Source of the DNA: an uncultured beta proteobacterium
GTDB taxonomy: Bacteria; Pseudomonadota; Gammaproteobacteria; Burkholderiales; Casimicrobiaceae
Length of the DNA: 64,000 bases
Assembly (NCBI GenBank): GCA_963727145.1
Contig: CAVSFA010000015.1
Coordinates: 82,731 to 146,730, forward strand
Direction of reading: 5' to 3'
In this document: positions 37,491-48,699 of the stretch, piece after piece
How positions within the stretch are numbered: the stretch's first letter is position 1
Layout: each line of letters opens with the position of its first letter
Notes under the pieces: model-generated
Seen by the model: the letters and a program-made list of their open reading frames with translations, nothing else
The model's database searches: none
What the model was told of the DNA's origin: nothing
Translations under genes and position numbers: made by a program

Positions 37491-38390
37491 TCAACGGACG
37501 AGAAACGACTCGATCGCCGCAGCGACGGCAGCCGGCTGATCGTGATGCAGCATGTGGCCGGCGTCGGGAATCGTGACGAGCCGTCCGTTCGGGACGTGCG
37601 CGAGGCGCCGGCGCGATCCCCGCGAGATCATCGGTTCCGCCCTCGCCCTCGGGATGCTGGTCGAGCCACTTTGGAATCGTCGATTCGGCCGCCGCGATCC
37701 ACAGCACGCGGCGCGGCGATGGTGCGCCAGATCGCGAACACTTCCTCCAGCCGATACGTGGTCGGAAACGGAAGCTTGTGTCGCGGATCCGACGCGAGGC
37801 GCGCGGTGCCGTCGGGCAGCGAGCGCCGCCCAGTGCGTCGCGAGGAACATCGCCTTGTCGCGCGGCAAGCCGCGGATTGTTCTTCTGCAGCCGGTCGGCG
37901 ACGGCAGCGAGCCCGGAGTACGGCGCGAATTCCTGCTGGCGCGGACAGCGCGTCGAGCCATGCGGCGATCTTTTTCGGCGCGACGGCCGGCTCCTCGCGC
38001 GGGAATGCCGAAGCCGTCGAGCGAGACCAATGCGCGCACCCGCGCGGGGCGCGCGCCGGCGTAATCATCGCGACGTTGCCGCCGAGGCTGTGGCCGACGA
38101 GGTCGACGGGCTCGCCGGGCGCGAGCGCGTCGAGCAGCGCTTCGAGATCGGCGACGTAATCGGGAAACCAGTAACCCTGCGGCTGCCACGCGCTGCGGCC
38201 GTAGCCGCGCCGGTCCGGCGCGATCACGTGCCAGTCGCCGCGCGAGCGCGTCGACCAGGAACTGGAACGACGCGCCGACATCCATCCAGCCGTGCAGCAG
38301 GAAGAGCTTCGGCGCCCGCGGGTCGCCCCACGTCAGCACATGGTGATCGAGACCGCGCAGCGGAATCCGCAGCGACTGCGCAGGCTTCAC
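37491..38390 (-). pseudogene. alpha/beta-fold hydrolase (multiple frame breaks)
   Basis: Fragments LFLLHGWMDVGASFQ, HVIAPDRRGYGRS, nucleophile elbow VGHSLGGNVA and C-terminal IPDAGHMLHHDQP are spread across frames. A GTG start at 38390 is proposed. Confidence 0.7.
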
Positions 38391-38876
38391 GCGCGGCCTC
38401 GCGTCAGAGCCAGCGCTCCAGGCGTCACTTCTTCCTGCAGATGCGCGAGGCCGTCCTGCCAGCCGGTGCGGTAGTTGCCGTCGGCGGCAAAGCGCAGCGC
38501 GTCCTTCTGCTCGCTGCCGCGCGGCGCTCGCGCAGCCGTCGCCGAAGCCCAGTCGATACGTCAGCGGGAAGCCCGGAGAGGTTGACGTTGGGCGGCGGCG
38601 GCCGGCAGTCGACGTAGGGCGTCGGCGGCGGCAGCGGGGCCGCCGCGCGGCGCGGCCGGCGCAGACCGGCGTCCGACGCGAGCGGCGGCGCCACGGTCGC
38701 GCAGCCGGCGCACGGCAATGGCAAGCGACGGAAGATGACGCTGCGCAAGCGACGAAGCGACAAGGGCGGAATTCTGCACCGCGTCTGCGCCGTGAGCACG
38801 ACGGGCCGCGCAAGATCGCGGAATTGCAGCGCTCGCGAACAGGGTAGAATTCTAGCACGTCCGGCGCCGCCTCGAC

Positions 38877-41800
38877 ATGACCGCCCCGTCCTTCGTTCAC
38901 CTGCGCCTGCACAGCGAATTTTCGATCGTCGACGGCACGGTCCGCATCGACGCCGCAGTCGCCGCGGCAGCTGCGGACGCATGCCCGCGCTCGCGATCAC
39001 CGACCTCGCGAACGCTTTCGGGCTCATCAAGTTCTACAAGGCGGCGCGCGCGCGCGGGCGTGAAGCCGATCGTCGGCTGCGACGTCTGGCTCACGCACGA
39101 CGCCGAGCGCGACCAGCCTTTCCGCGCGTTGCTGCTCGTCGCAATCGCGCGCAGGCTACCTCAAGCTCGCCGACTGGCTCACGCGCGCGTATCGCACCAA
39201 CCAGCATCGCGGCCGCGCGGAATTCCGGCGCGAGTGGTTCGCCGAAGGCACCGACGGACTGATCGCGCTTTCCGGCGCGCGCGACGGCGACGTCGGACAG
39301 GCGCTGCTGCAAGGCAATGGCGCGGGCGCCGCCAGGGCCGCGCGCGACTGGGCGCGCCCGGTTCCCCGACCGCTATTACCTCGAGGTGCAGCGCGCCGGG
39401 CACGGCGACGACAACGCGCTGGTCGCCGCGACGGCGCGCCTCGCGTGCGACCTCGCGCTGCCGGTCGTCGCGACGCATCCGGTGCAGTTTCTTCGTCCGC
39501 GAAGATTTCCGCGCGCACGAAGCGCGCGTCTGCATCGCCGACGGCGACGTGCTCGCCGACGCGCGGCGGCCGCGGAAATTCACGCCGGACCAATATTTCA
39601 AGACGCAGGCCGAAATGGCGACGCGCGTTCGCGGACCTGCCCGAGGCGCTCGCCAACTCGGTGGCGATCGCGCATGCGCTGCAACCTGACGATTCCGCTC
39701 GGCAAGCAACTACCTGCCCGACTTTCCGACGCCGGCCGGCGTCACGCTCGACCAGCATCTGAAGCGCGAGGCGGCGGCCGGTCTCGAGCGGCGTCTCGCG
39801 GCGCTCTATCCGGATCCCGCGGTGCGCGAGCAGAGGCGGCCCGAATACGTCGCGCGACTCGATTTCGAGACCAACACCATCGTGCAGATGGGATTCGCCG
39901 GCTATTTCCTCATCGTCGCCGATTTCATCAACTGGGCGAAGAACAATGGCGTGCCGGTGGGTCCGGGCCGCGGCTCCGGCGCCGGATCGCTCGTCGCCTA
40001 TTCGCTCGGCATCACCGACCTCGATCCGCTGCGCTACGCGCTGCTGTTCGAGCGCTTCCTCAATCCCGAGCGCGTGTCGATGCCGGACTTCGACATCGAC
40101 TTCTGCCAGGACGGCCGCGACCGCGTCATCGATTACGTGAAGGAGAAGTACGGCGCGGATTCGGTGTCGCAGATCGCGACGTTCGGCACGATGGCCGCGA
40201 AAGCCGCGGTCCGCGACGTCGGCCGCGTCCTCGACCTCGGATACAACTTCTGCGACGGCATCGCCAAGCTGATTCCGTTCCAGCCCGGCAAGCTCATCAC
40301 GCTGAAGCAGGCGCGGGAGATGGAGCCGCTGCTCGCCGAGCGCGAGAAGAACGAGGAGGAAGTGCGCGAGCTGCTCGAGCTCGCCGAAGCGCTGGAAGGC
40401 CTGACGCGCAACGTCGGCATGCACGCGGGCGGCGTGCTGATCGCGCCCGGGCAAGCTCACCGATTTCTGCCCGCTCTACACGCAGGCCGGCGCCGGCGGC
40501 GCAGTCTCCCAGTTCGACAAGGACGACGTCGAAGCGCTGGGCCTCGTCAAGTTCGACTTCCTGGGCCTGACGACGCTGACCATCCTCGACTGGACGCTCC
40601 GGTACGTGCGAAGCCTCGACCCGACATTCGGGTTGACGCTCGAGTCGCTGCCGCTCGACGACAAGGCTGCCTACGACATCTTCCGCGACGGCAACACGAC
40701 CGCGGTGTTCCAGTTCGAATCGCGCGGCATGCGCGACCTTCTGAAGCAGGCGCCGCCGACGCGCTTCGAAGACGTCATCGCGCTGGTCGCGCTCTACCGT
40801 CCTGGACCGATGGAGCTCATTCCCGAGTACATCGCGCGCAAAAGCGGCCGCGAGCGCGTCGAATATCCGGACCCGCGCCTGGAGCCCATTCTCGGCCCGA
40901 CCTACGGCGTGATGGTCTATCAGGAACAGGTGATGCAGATCGCGCAGGTCGATCGGCGGCTACACGCTGGGAGGCGCCGACCTGCTGCGCCGGGCGATGG
41001 GCAAGAAGAACGCCGAGGAAATGGCGAAGCATCGCGACATCTTCATCGCCGGTGCCGAGAAGAACGGACTCACCCGGACCAAGGCGATCGCATCTCTTCG
41101 ATCTGATGGAGAAGTTCGCGGGCTACGGGTTCAACAAGTCGCACGCCGCCGCGTACGCGCTGATCGCCTACCAGACCGCGTAGTTCAAGGCGCATCATCC
41201 GGCAGCGTTCATGGCCGCCAACCTCTCGCTGGTGATGGACGACACCGACAAGGTCCGCGCGCTCCGCGACGACGCGCTCTCGCTCGGACTGGAGATCCTC
41301 GCTCCGGACGTCAACGCGTCGAACTACCGCTTCGAGCCCGTCGACGACGAAGCGGATACGCTACGGGCTCGGCGGCATCAAAGGGACCGGCCATCTCGGC
41401 GATCGAGGCCATCGTCGCCGCACGCGCGAGCGGCGGGGCATTTCGCGACCTATTCGATTTCTGCCGCCGCGATCGACAAGCGGCATCGTCAACCGGCGCG
41501 TCGTCGAGGCGCTGATCCGCGCCGGCGCGTTCGACGCGATCGATCGCGCGGCGCTCGTCGCTCTTCGCCTCCGTCGGCATCGCGCTGGGCGAGGCCGAGC
41601 GCGCCGAAGCCTCGGCGGCGCAGGTGTCGCTGTTCGGCGAGGAACAGCACGACCGCGGGATTGACGCTGGTCGCGACGCGCGAATGGACCGAGGCCGAGC
41701 GGCTCGTCCACGAAAAGGCGGCGCTCGGCTATCTACCTTTCGGGACATCCGTACGCGGCCTACGCGCAGGAGCTGGCACCCCTCGTCAAGATGCGCTCGC

Positions 41801-42326
41801 CAATCTGCAACCACGCACGCGAGCCGGTGCTGATCGCCGGCATCGTCACGGCGCTGCGCGTGCAGTCGAGTCGCCGCGGCAAGATGGCGTTCGTCACGCT
41901 GGACGATGGGCAGCGCTCAGCCGAGATCGTCGTGTTCAACGAAACCTACGACGCCGCGCGGCAGCCAGCTGCGCGAGGACCAGCTCGTCGTCGTCGAGGC
42001 AAAGGTCCAGCCGCGGATGGCCGACGACGGGCAGATGCAGGGTCTGCGCATCGTCGCCGAAAGCATCCACGACCTGAGCTCGATCCGGCGCCGTTTCGCG
42101 AAGGGCCTGCGCCTCGCCTGCAACGGCGGCGCCGACGCCTCGCGGCTGTTCGAGCTGCTGGCGCCGTTCAGGAACGGCAGCTGCCCGATCATCGTCGAGT
42201 ACCGCAACCGCGGCGTCGGCGGAGAGCTCGAGCTGCCCGAGGCTTGGCGCGTCAATCCCGACGATCAGCTGATCAAGCGAGCTCCGCGACTGGCTCGCGC
42301 CGGAGAACGTCCGCATTGTCTATTGA
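38877..42326 (+). pseudogene. dnaE: DNA polymerase III alpha subunit (more than ten frame breaks)
   Basis: PHP N-terminus MTAPSFVHLRLHSEFSIVDGT. The long in-frame core (39822..41183) contains [46 protein letters not shown]. The OB-fold part is GKMAFVTLDDG. C-terminus NVRIVY* with TGA at 42324-42326. The first break (about 38979) is a missing G (GAC GGC ATG read as GACGCATG). Confidence 0.9.
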
Positions 42327-42552
42327 GCGCCGGTTGGCGCCCGTGGCCGGGGCGGCATGGATTGTGGCGCCATCGCGATTTCCTCCTTCTCTGAAGCGCG
42401 CAGGGCTCCGCCGTCGGCTCGCGCATCACGCGCACGGCGCTGCCGATGGCCGCGATTCTGGTGGTCGGCGCCGGCGAACCTGGCATGCGTTTGGCGCATT
42501 CGCTTCGGATACGACGTCTTGACGATTACACCTGGAACGCGGCGCTCGACGC

Positions 42553-44132
42553 TCAGCGCTCTGGCGCGAACAGTGCGCGCAGCTCGGTCTTCAGCACCTT
42601 GCCTGCATTGTTTTTCGGCAGCTCGTCCATGAAGCGGTAGGCCTTCGGCCGCTTGAACCGCGCGACGTGGGCGAGGCACAGAGCGTCCAGCAACGCTTCG
42701 AGCGCCCGCCTTGCCTCCGCGTTCGCCGGCACGCCGCCCCGCGGGACGACGCAGGCGACGACCTCCTCGCCCCATTCCGCGTGGGCTCGCCCCACGACGG
42801 CAACTTCGGCAATGCCCGGATGCAACAGCAGAACCTCCTCGATTTCGCGCGGATAGATGTTCGAGCCACCGCTGATGATCAAGTCCTTCGAGCGGTCCTT
42901 GAGCGTGAGGAAGCCGTCGCCGTCCTGCATGCCGACGTCGCCCGTATGGAGCCAGCCGTTCGCGAGCGCCTCAGCGCTCGCCTCCGGATTCCTCCAGTAG
43001 CCGCGCATTACCGTCGGCCCGCGGACCAGCACCTCGCCGACCTCGCCCCGCGACAGTGCATGATCGCCGGCACCGGCAATCCGCACTTCGATCCCGGTCT
43101 GCGGGACCCCCACCGACCCCAGCCGCGCATCGTCCCCGCGTGCGAGCGCATCGGCGATGAGCGCGCGGTTCATTGCGGTGATCGTCATCGGCGATTCGCC
43201 CTGGCCGTAGATTTGCGCCAGCCGGGGACCGAGCGCCGCGAACGCCGCCTTGCAGTCGGCGACATACATCGGCCCGCCGCCATAGACGATGCTCTTCAGT
43301 CGATCGAGTCGCGCCCCGCCGATGCCCGGCGCAGCGACCAGACGCCTCACCATCGTCGGGGCCGCGAAAAAGCAGGCGCGGTCCCACGTGGCGAGCAGCG
43401 CGAAGATCTCATCGGCAACGAATCCTCCGGATTCCGGCACCACCTGCACCGCGCCGGCAAGCACGTGGGGCAATACGTACAGACCCGAACCGTGCGACAG
43501 CGGCGCGGGATGGAGCAGCGCATCGCCGGGTGCGATCGCCTCGACGTCGGACAGGAAGCATCGACTCATCGCGAGCAGATTGCCGTGCGAGATCTCGACG
43601 CCCTTCGGACGGCCCGTCGTGCCGCTCGTGTAGAAGAGCCACGCCGGATCGTCGGGCGTGCACGGCGCGGGTTCCGCGCGCGGCGCGGCCGCGAACAGCG
43701 CCGCATAGTCGGCGCTTCCGAAGTCGACGCACCGCTCGAGCGCCGTCTCGCTCTCGCGCATATCCCCGATGGCGCCATGCCAAGCGGCATCGACGAGCGC
43801 CCAGCGCGCGCCGCTGTTCGCGAGCACGTAGGCAAGCTCGCGCGAATGAAGCTTGGCGTTGACCGGCACTGCAACGAGGCCACGCCCACCAGCAGCCCGA
43901 GCAGCGCCTCGACGTACTCCGGCACGTTGTGCGAGACGATCGCGATGCGATCGCCCGCGGACAGTCGGCCCGCGATGAAGGCGCCGGCGAGCCGAGCCAC
44001 CCGGTTCGACAATCGCGCGTAATCGTGGACCACCGTGCTGCCACGCGCCACTGCCGGAAGATGCGGCCAGCAAAGCGCGGTGCGCAGCAGCAGCGAGGCA
44101 ACGTTGTGATGCGGGGAAGGCGGATGTTGCAT
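42553..44132 (-). pseudogene. AMP-dependent acyl-CoA synthetase/ligase (one frame break near 43880-43900)
   Basis: The N-terminus MQHPPSPHHNVASLLLRTALCWPHLPAVA (ORF 43566..44132) joins the long ORF 42553..44244, which carries the AMP motif LFYTSGTTGRPKGV and C-terminal GKVLKTELR. Confidence 0.8.
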
Positions 44133-44215
44133 CGCGGGCAGGAAAGCATCGTGCTGCGGGCAGTGTAGCCCAGCGGCGTTCGGCTAGAATCACCGCTGGA
44201 CCTTTCGGAGCCGCC

Positions 44216-45247
44216 ATGCCTGCCAGGAAATCATTGCCCGCCACGATGCGCTACGTCGCCGCCCGCGAGCCGGGACCGCCGGCCGTGCTGGCGCTTGCCG
44301 AGGGCCCGGTGCCGCAACCGAAGACCGGCGAGGTGCTGATCGAGGTAAGCTATGCAGGCGTCAACCGGCCGGACTGCCTGCAGCGTGCGGGAGCCTATCC
44401 GCCGCCGGCCGACGCCTCGCCGATCATCGGGCTCGAGGTCGCGGGAAGGATCGTTGCGCTCGGCGATGGCGCGCACGGATGGCGGATCGGCGATCACGTC
44501 TGCGCACTGACGCCGGGCGGCGGCTACGCCGAATACTGCACGACGCCGGCCGGCTGCTGCCTACCCGTACCCACGGGCCTCTCGGCGCTCGAGGCGGCGA
44601 GCCTTCCCGAGAACTTCTTCACCGTCTGGAACAACCTGTTCGACCGCGGCCGATTGCGCTGCGGTGAAAAGGTGCTGATCCACGGCGGCTCGAGCGGCAT
44701 CGGCCTCACCGCGATCCAGCTCGCGAAGCAAATCGGCACGACGGTGATCACGACGGTTGGCAGCGACGAAAAGGCCGCGTTCTGCCGCTCGATGGGCGCG
44801 GATCACGCGATCAACTACCGCACGCAGGACTTCGCGGCCGAGGTCGCACGCATCACGGACAAGCGCGGCGTCGACGTGATCCTCGACATGGTCGGCGGCG
44901 ATTACATCGAGAAGAACCTGAAGTGCCTGGCGCTCGAAGGGCGGCTCGTCATCATCGCGTTCCTGCACGGCAGCCGCGTCGAGATCGACTGGCGGCACAT
45001 CATGATGAAGCGGCTGACCGTCACCGGGTCGACGCTGCGCGCGAGTCCTCTCGAGCGCAAGGTCGAGCTCGCGCTATCGCTGCAGCAACAACGTCTGGCC
45101 GCTTCTCGAAAGCCGCGAGGTGAAGCCCGTCATCCATCGCGTGTTTCCATTCGCGGAAGCCGCTGCGGCGCACGCGCTGATGGAGAGCTCGCAGCACATC
45201 GGCAAGATCATGCTCGAGATCAGGGGTCAGGCAGCGGGCAACAGGTG
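44216..45247 (+). pseudogene. NAD(P)H:quinone oxidoreductase, zinc-independent MDR family (one frame break near 45090)
   Basis: MDR fold with GEVLIEVSYAGVNRPD and VLIHGGSSGIGLTAIQLAK. The C-terminus VWPLLESREVKPVIHRVFPFAEAAAAHALMESSQHIGKIMLE is in another frame. GGAG lies 5 nt before the ATG at 44216. Confidence 0.75.
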
Positions 45248-45333
45248 AAAGCAGCGGCAGCGCCGGAGCCCTGCGCATTCCGCCGCTCGCCGCGCCCTTG
45301 GCGATATCCCGTTTCCTGACCGCTGTCCGCGGG

Positions 45334-46080
45334 TCAGTACGTCGCCCGTCCGCCCGACAGGTCGAACACCGCCCCGGTCGAAAACGAGCATTCCGCGCTC
45401 GCGAGCCAGCAGACCATCGCCGCGATCTCTTCGACGCCGCCGAAGCGCCCGAGCGGGATCTTCGACAACATGAAATCGATGTGCTGCTGCGTCATCTGGT
45501 CGAAGATGGCCGTGCGCACCGCGGCCGGCGTCACGCAGTTGACGCGGATGCCGGTTTTCGCCAGCTCCTTGCCGAGCGACTTGGTGAGTCCGATCACGCC
45601 CGCCTTCGACGCGCTGTACGCCGGCGCGTTGGGGTTCCCTTCCTTCCCCGCCACCGACGCGATGTTGACGATGCGGCCGTAGTCGCTTTTGAGCATGAAC
45701 GGCACGACGGCCCGGTTGCAATAGAAGAGCCCGTTGAGATTGACGTCGATCACCTGCCGCCACGCGTCGACCGGATACTCCCACGTGGTCGTATTGGGTC
45801 CGGTGATGCCGGCGGAGCAGACAAGCACGTCGATTCTGCCGAGCGTTTGCGCGGCTGCCGCCGCGGCGCGCTCGACGGCGTCGGCATCGGCGACGTCCAA
45901 TGCCTGAGTGATCGTTGCGCCGCCCAATTGCCCGCGCGCGGTCGCGAGCGCCGCCGCATCGCGGTCCCACAGCGCGACGGTTGCGCCGCTCGCCGCGAGC
46001 CGCTGCGCGACGGCGAGGCCGATGCCGGCGGCGCCGCCGGTGACCACGGCGGTGCGATTGCCGAAGTCGAGCTCGTTCAT
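45334..46080 (-). CDS. short-chain dehydrogenase/reductase (SDR)
   Basis: MNELDFGNRTAVVTGGAAGIGLAVA (TGxxxGIG) and the YSASK catalytic motif. 248 aa, intact. Confidence 0.88.
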   Translation of the reverse strand: MNELDFGNRTAVVTGGAAGIGLAVAQRLAASGATVALWDRDAAALATARGQLGGATITQALDVADADAVERAAAAAAQTLGRIDVLVCSAGITGPNTTTWEYPVDAWRQVIDVNLNGLFYCNRAVVPFMLKSDYGRIVNIASVAGKEGNPNAPAYSASKAGVIGLTKSLGKELAKTGIRVNCVTPAAVRTAIFDQMTQQHIDFMLSKIPLGRFGGVEEIAAMVCWLASAECSFSTGAVFDLSGGRATY

Positions 46081-46108
46081 CGCAATGGCCGCGTGCTCGA
46101 TCCGCCCG

Positions 46109-46921
46109 CTAGCGGAGAAGCAGCACCAGCCCGAAGACCAGCGCCAGCACGCCGACCACGGCAACTACGGCGATGATGGCGTAGAGGGTGTTGCGCGTTT
46201 CGCTCTGGAAGACGAGCAAATCGTCGACGAGCTCGGCGACCTGCGCGTTGGTCGCCATCGATTCGATCGGGTGCGGGTCGGCCGAGGCCGTGTCCGCGCC
46301 GTTGCTGCGCGCCTCCGGCACGTCGATCGGCAGGATCACCGCGAAATTGGTGACGGGTAGCGTGCGAAACGATGTGGTGTCCCAGATCTTGGTGCGGACT
46401 TCGCGCCGCAGTCCATACGACATGCCGCGCGTCTCCCGCGACGATACCCGTTCGCCGGCGTCGACGAAGAACTTGTTGGGGAGCCGCCCTGAAAGCGCGA
46501 CGCGCAGCAGCGGGTCGAATTTCTCAGCCGCCATTCCCAGGTTGATCTGAAATTGCGCGGGGCTGTACTGCTGGCCGAAGCCCGACTCGTCGATGAAAAT
46601 CAGCGATCCGATCGCGTTGCCATTGCTGCGAATCGAATTCGTCTTGCGCTCGCGAATCCGCAGGACACCCGACAGGGCCTCGAGCCTGCCGCCCGTCGAC
46701 AGCTCTACCGTCTCGCCCTTCGCCACCGCTACTTTCATCACGAGGACGCTGTCCTTGCCCTCTTCGATGACGAGCCGCGCCTTGGTCGGCTTGAAACTGA
46801 CGAGCGGCATGGCGCCTTTGGCCCCCTCATTCCGGTGCAAAGCAAACATCAAGGCCGGTTTCGCGTCGCAATCGCGAACTGCCATCCTCCCCAGGACAGT
46901 TGCCAATGATACCGTGCGCAA
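46109..46921 (-). CDS. hypothetical protein with a single C-terminal transmembrane anchor
   Basis: 270-aa intact ORF. I recognise no family. The C-terminus TLYAIIAVVAVVGVLALVFGLVLLLR is a clear TM helix. The true start may be an internal Met (MFALHRNEG or MPLVSFK). Confidence 0.5.
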   Translation of the reverse strand: MRTVSLATVLGRMAVRDCDAKPALMFALHRNEGAKGAMPLVSFKPTKARLVIEEGKDSVLVMKVAVAKGETVELSTGGRLEALSGVLRIRERKTNSIRSNGNAIGSLIFIDESGFGQQYSPAQFQINLGMAAEKFDPLLRVALSGRLPNKFFVDAGERVSSRETRGMSYGLRREVRTKIWDTTSFRTLPVTNFAVILPIDVPEARSNGADTASADPHPIESMATNAQVAELVDDLLVFQSETRNTLYAIIAVVAVVGVLALVFGLVLLLR

Positions 46922-47039
46922 CTGCGGCGAAATCGCCGCTTATCGTCTCGCGCGCTGGCGTAGACTACAAAAGCGGAATCCGCGACGAAGGAAGTTCGAA
47001 ATTCGTACGATCCTGTAGCACGGCAATCGTCGCCAGGTG

Positions 47040-47255
47040 AGGTCGAAGACCAACGTTGCCTTCGTGCGCGAGCCGAGACCGGCCGTGGAGCGGCTGCTCG
47101 ACTTCTGCGGCCTACCCTTCGACGAGCGATGCCTGTCGTTCCACCGCGTGGCCAACGCCGTCAAGAGGGCGAGCGCATGGCAGGTCCGCGAGGCACTCTA
47201 CCAGTGCTCGTCGGACCGCTGGCGGAACTACGCGCGACACGTTGAGCCACCGGAC
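47040..47255 (+). pseudogene. sulfotransferase-family C-terminal remnant
   Basis: VAFVREPRPAVERLLDFCGLPFDERCLSFHRVANAVKRASAWQVREALYQCSSDRWRNY matches only the last ~65 residues of sulfotransferase-domain proteins. No PAPS-binding N-terminus is present upstream. Confidence 0.5.
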
Positions 47256-47462
47256 GCGAATCTCGCCGATTTCGTTGACGCGACGACGAATCGACCGCCA
47301 GTTCGAGCGGGATCTTCCGCGCTCGAGCTTGTCGTGGTAAGCGGTGGCAGCAGGCACCAGCGGGTCGGCGCATCACGCCGTCGGCACTCTGTTGTACGAT
47401 GCGCACCAAGTCCGGTCGGTGCACGCCCAAGAGCTGCTGTTCCACGTCGGAGGATCCGCGTC

Positions 47463-47822
47463 ATGAGCAAGCTGATCGTTGCGCTTTTCGCCGGCGCGTT
47501 CGCGTTCGGTTCGGTGTCCGCACGAGCGGACGATGTCGACAGGAATCCATCGGAAGGAAAGGCAGCGGAGAAGGGCGCACCCGCCCCAAAGAAGGATTGG
47601 CCGACGCGCCGGGAAAAGCAGGAAGCCACGGCAGCGGCGGCGCGAGAGCGCGGGACGGGGGCCAAGGAGCAGCCGCTGACAGGCGACTTGGGGTCGCCGG
47701 GGGTGCAGGCCCCCGACCGGTCCAAGGCGGCACCGAAGCCGGCACCGAAGCAGAAGGTGAAGAAGCCCGTGCCAAGCGACACGCCGCCAGAACAGAAGCC
47801 TGCACCCTCCGGGCAACAATAG
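47463..47822 (+). CDS. secreted low-complexity Lys/Pro/Ala-rich protein
   Basis: Signal peptide MSKLIVALFAGAFAFGSVSARA followed by a K/P/A/E-rich sequence. It is the 3' part of ORF 47037..47822. Confidence 0.5.
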   Translation: MSKLIVALFAGAFAFGSVSARADDVDRNPSEGKAAEKGAPAPKKDWPTRREKQEATAAAARERGTGAKEQPLTGDLGSPGVQAPDRSKAAPKPAPKQKVKKPVPSDTPPEQKPAPSGQQ

Positions 47823-47957
47823 CGATGGGAGCGGGCTAGCCGTCTCGCTCGCGCAGTCGATCTACTCACGGTCGATGCGGCGGGCCTCGGCAAATCAAGT
47901 CAAGACGACTCTCTCTCGCAACTAATGCCCTGGCCGGCCATCCAATCTTGACGCCCC

Positions 47958-48602
47958 TTGGACATCGCTCACCGCGCCCCCACCTTGCGAAACATGCTTC
48001 CCGTGACGACCGCCCTGATCGCCGCCAACGTGGCGATGTTCCTGCTGCAGTCCATCGTTCCCGGGCTGGTGTTCCCGCTCGCGCTGTGGCCGCTCACCGG
48101 CGCGCCCGCGGGCGCAGACGTTGGCTTCGGCGTCTGGCAACTTGTCACCTACGCTTTCCTCCATGGCAGCGTGCTCCATCTGGCGTTCAACATGTTTGCG
48201 CTGTACATGTTCGGCGGAGCGGTTGAAGGCGTATTCGGTGGCCGGCGCTACCTGACGTATTACCTCGTCAGCGTCGTGTCCGCCGCGATCACGCAGCTTG
48301 GTTTCGCAGCCCTTACCGGCTCGTTCTATCCGACGATAGGCGCTTCGGGCGGTGTTTTCGGGTTGTTGCTCGCGTACGCGATCTACTTCCCGCACAGTCG
48401 CGTCATGCTGCTTTTCCCGCCGATTCCCATGCCGGCGCGGATGTTCGTTGCGGTCTATGCGGCGCTGGAACTCTATCTCGGCGTGACCGGGACGCAAGGC
48501 GGCGTCGCGCACTTCGCCCATCTGGGCGGCATGATCGGCGGCTTCGCGCTGCTGCACTATTGGCGTGGAGCGCGCAACTGGCGCCGGCCGGCAGGGCCTT
48601 GA
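47958..48602 (+). CDS. rhomboid-family intramembrane serine protease
   Basis: Six hydrophobic segments, catalytic GASGGVFG and AHFAHLGG motifs. The start may be the internal MLPVTTAL. Confidence 0.85.
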   Translation: MDIAHRAPTLRNMLPVTTALIAANVAMFLLQSIVPGLVFPLALWPLTGAPAGADVGFGVWQLVTYAFLHGSVLHLAFNMFALYMFGGAVEGVFGGRRYLTYYLVSVVSAAITQLGFAALTGSFYPTIGASGGVFGLLLAYAIYFPHSRVMLLFPPIPMPARMFVAVYAALELYLGVTGTQGGVAHFAHLGGMIGGFALLHYWRGARNWRRPAGP

Positions 48603-48699
48603 CAGAATCCAGCGCGGGAACGGCCGCGAAGCTTGCTCCGAGAGTAACGGTCAGCAACGCAGGGGCAAATCTCGCGGAACGAGCTTAGGGGGTGGCCAG

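Noticed and set aside
38400-38779. Possible small lipoprotein gene (…SLAIAV.AAGCATVAPP…) between the hydrolase gene and dnaE
   Set aside because: It is readable only by joining three frames, I recognise no family, and the start and stop are uncertain. It is too weak to list as a feature.
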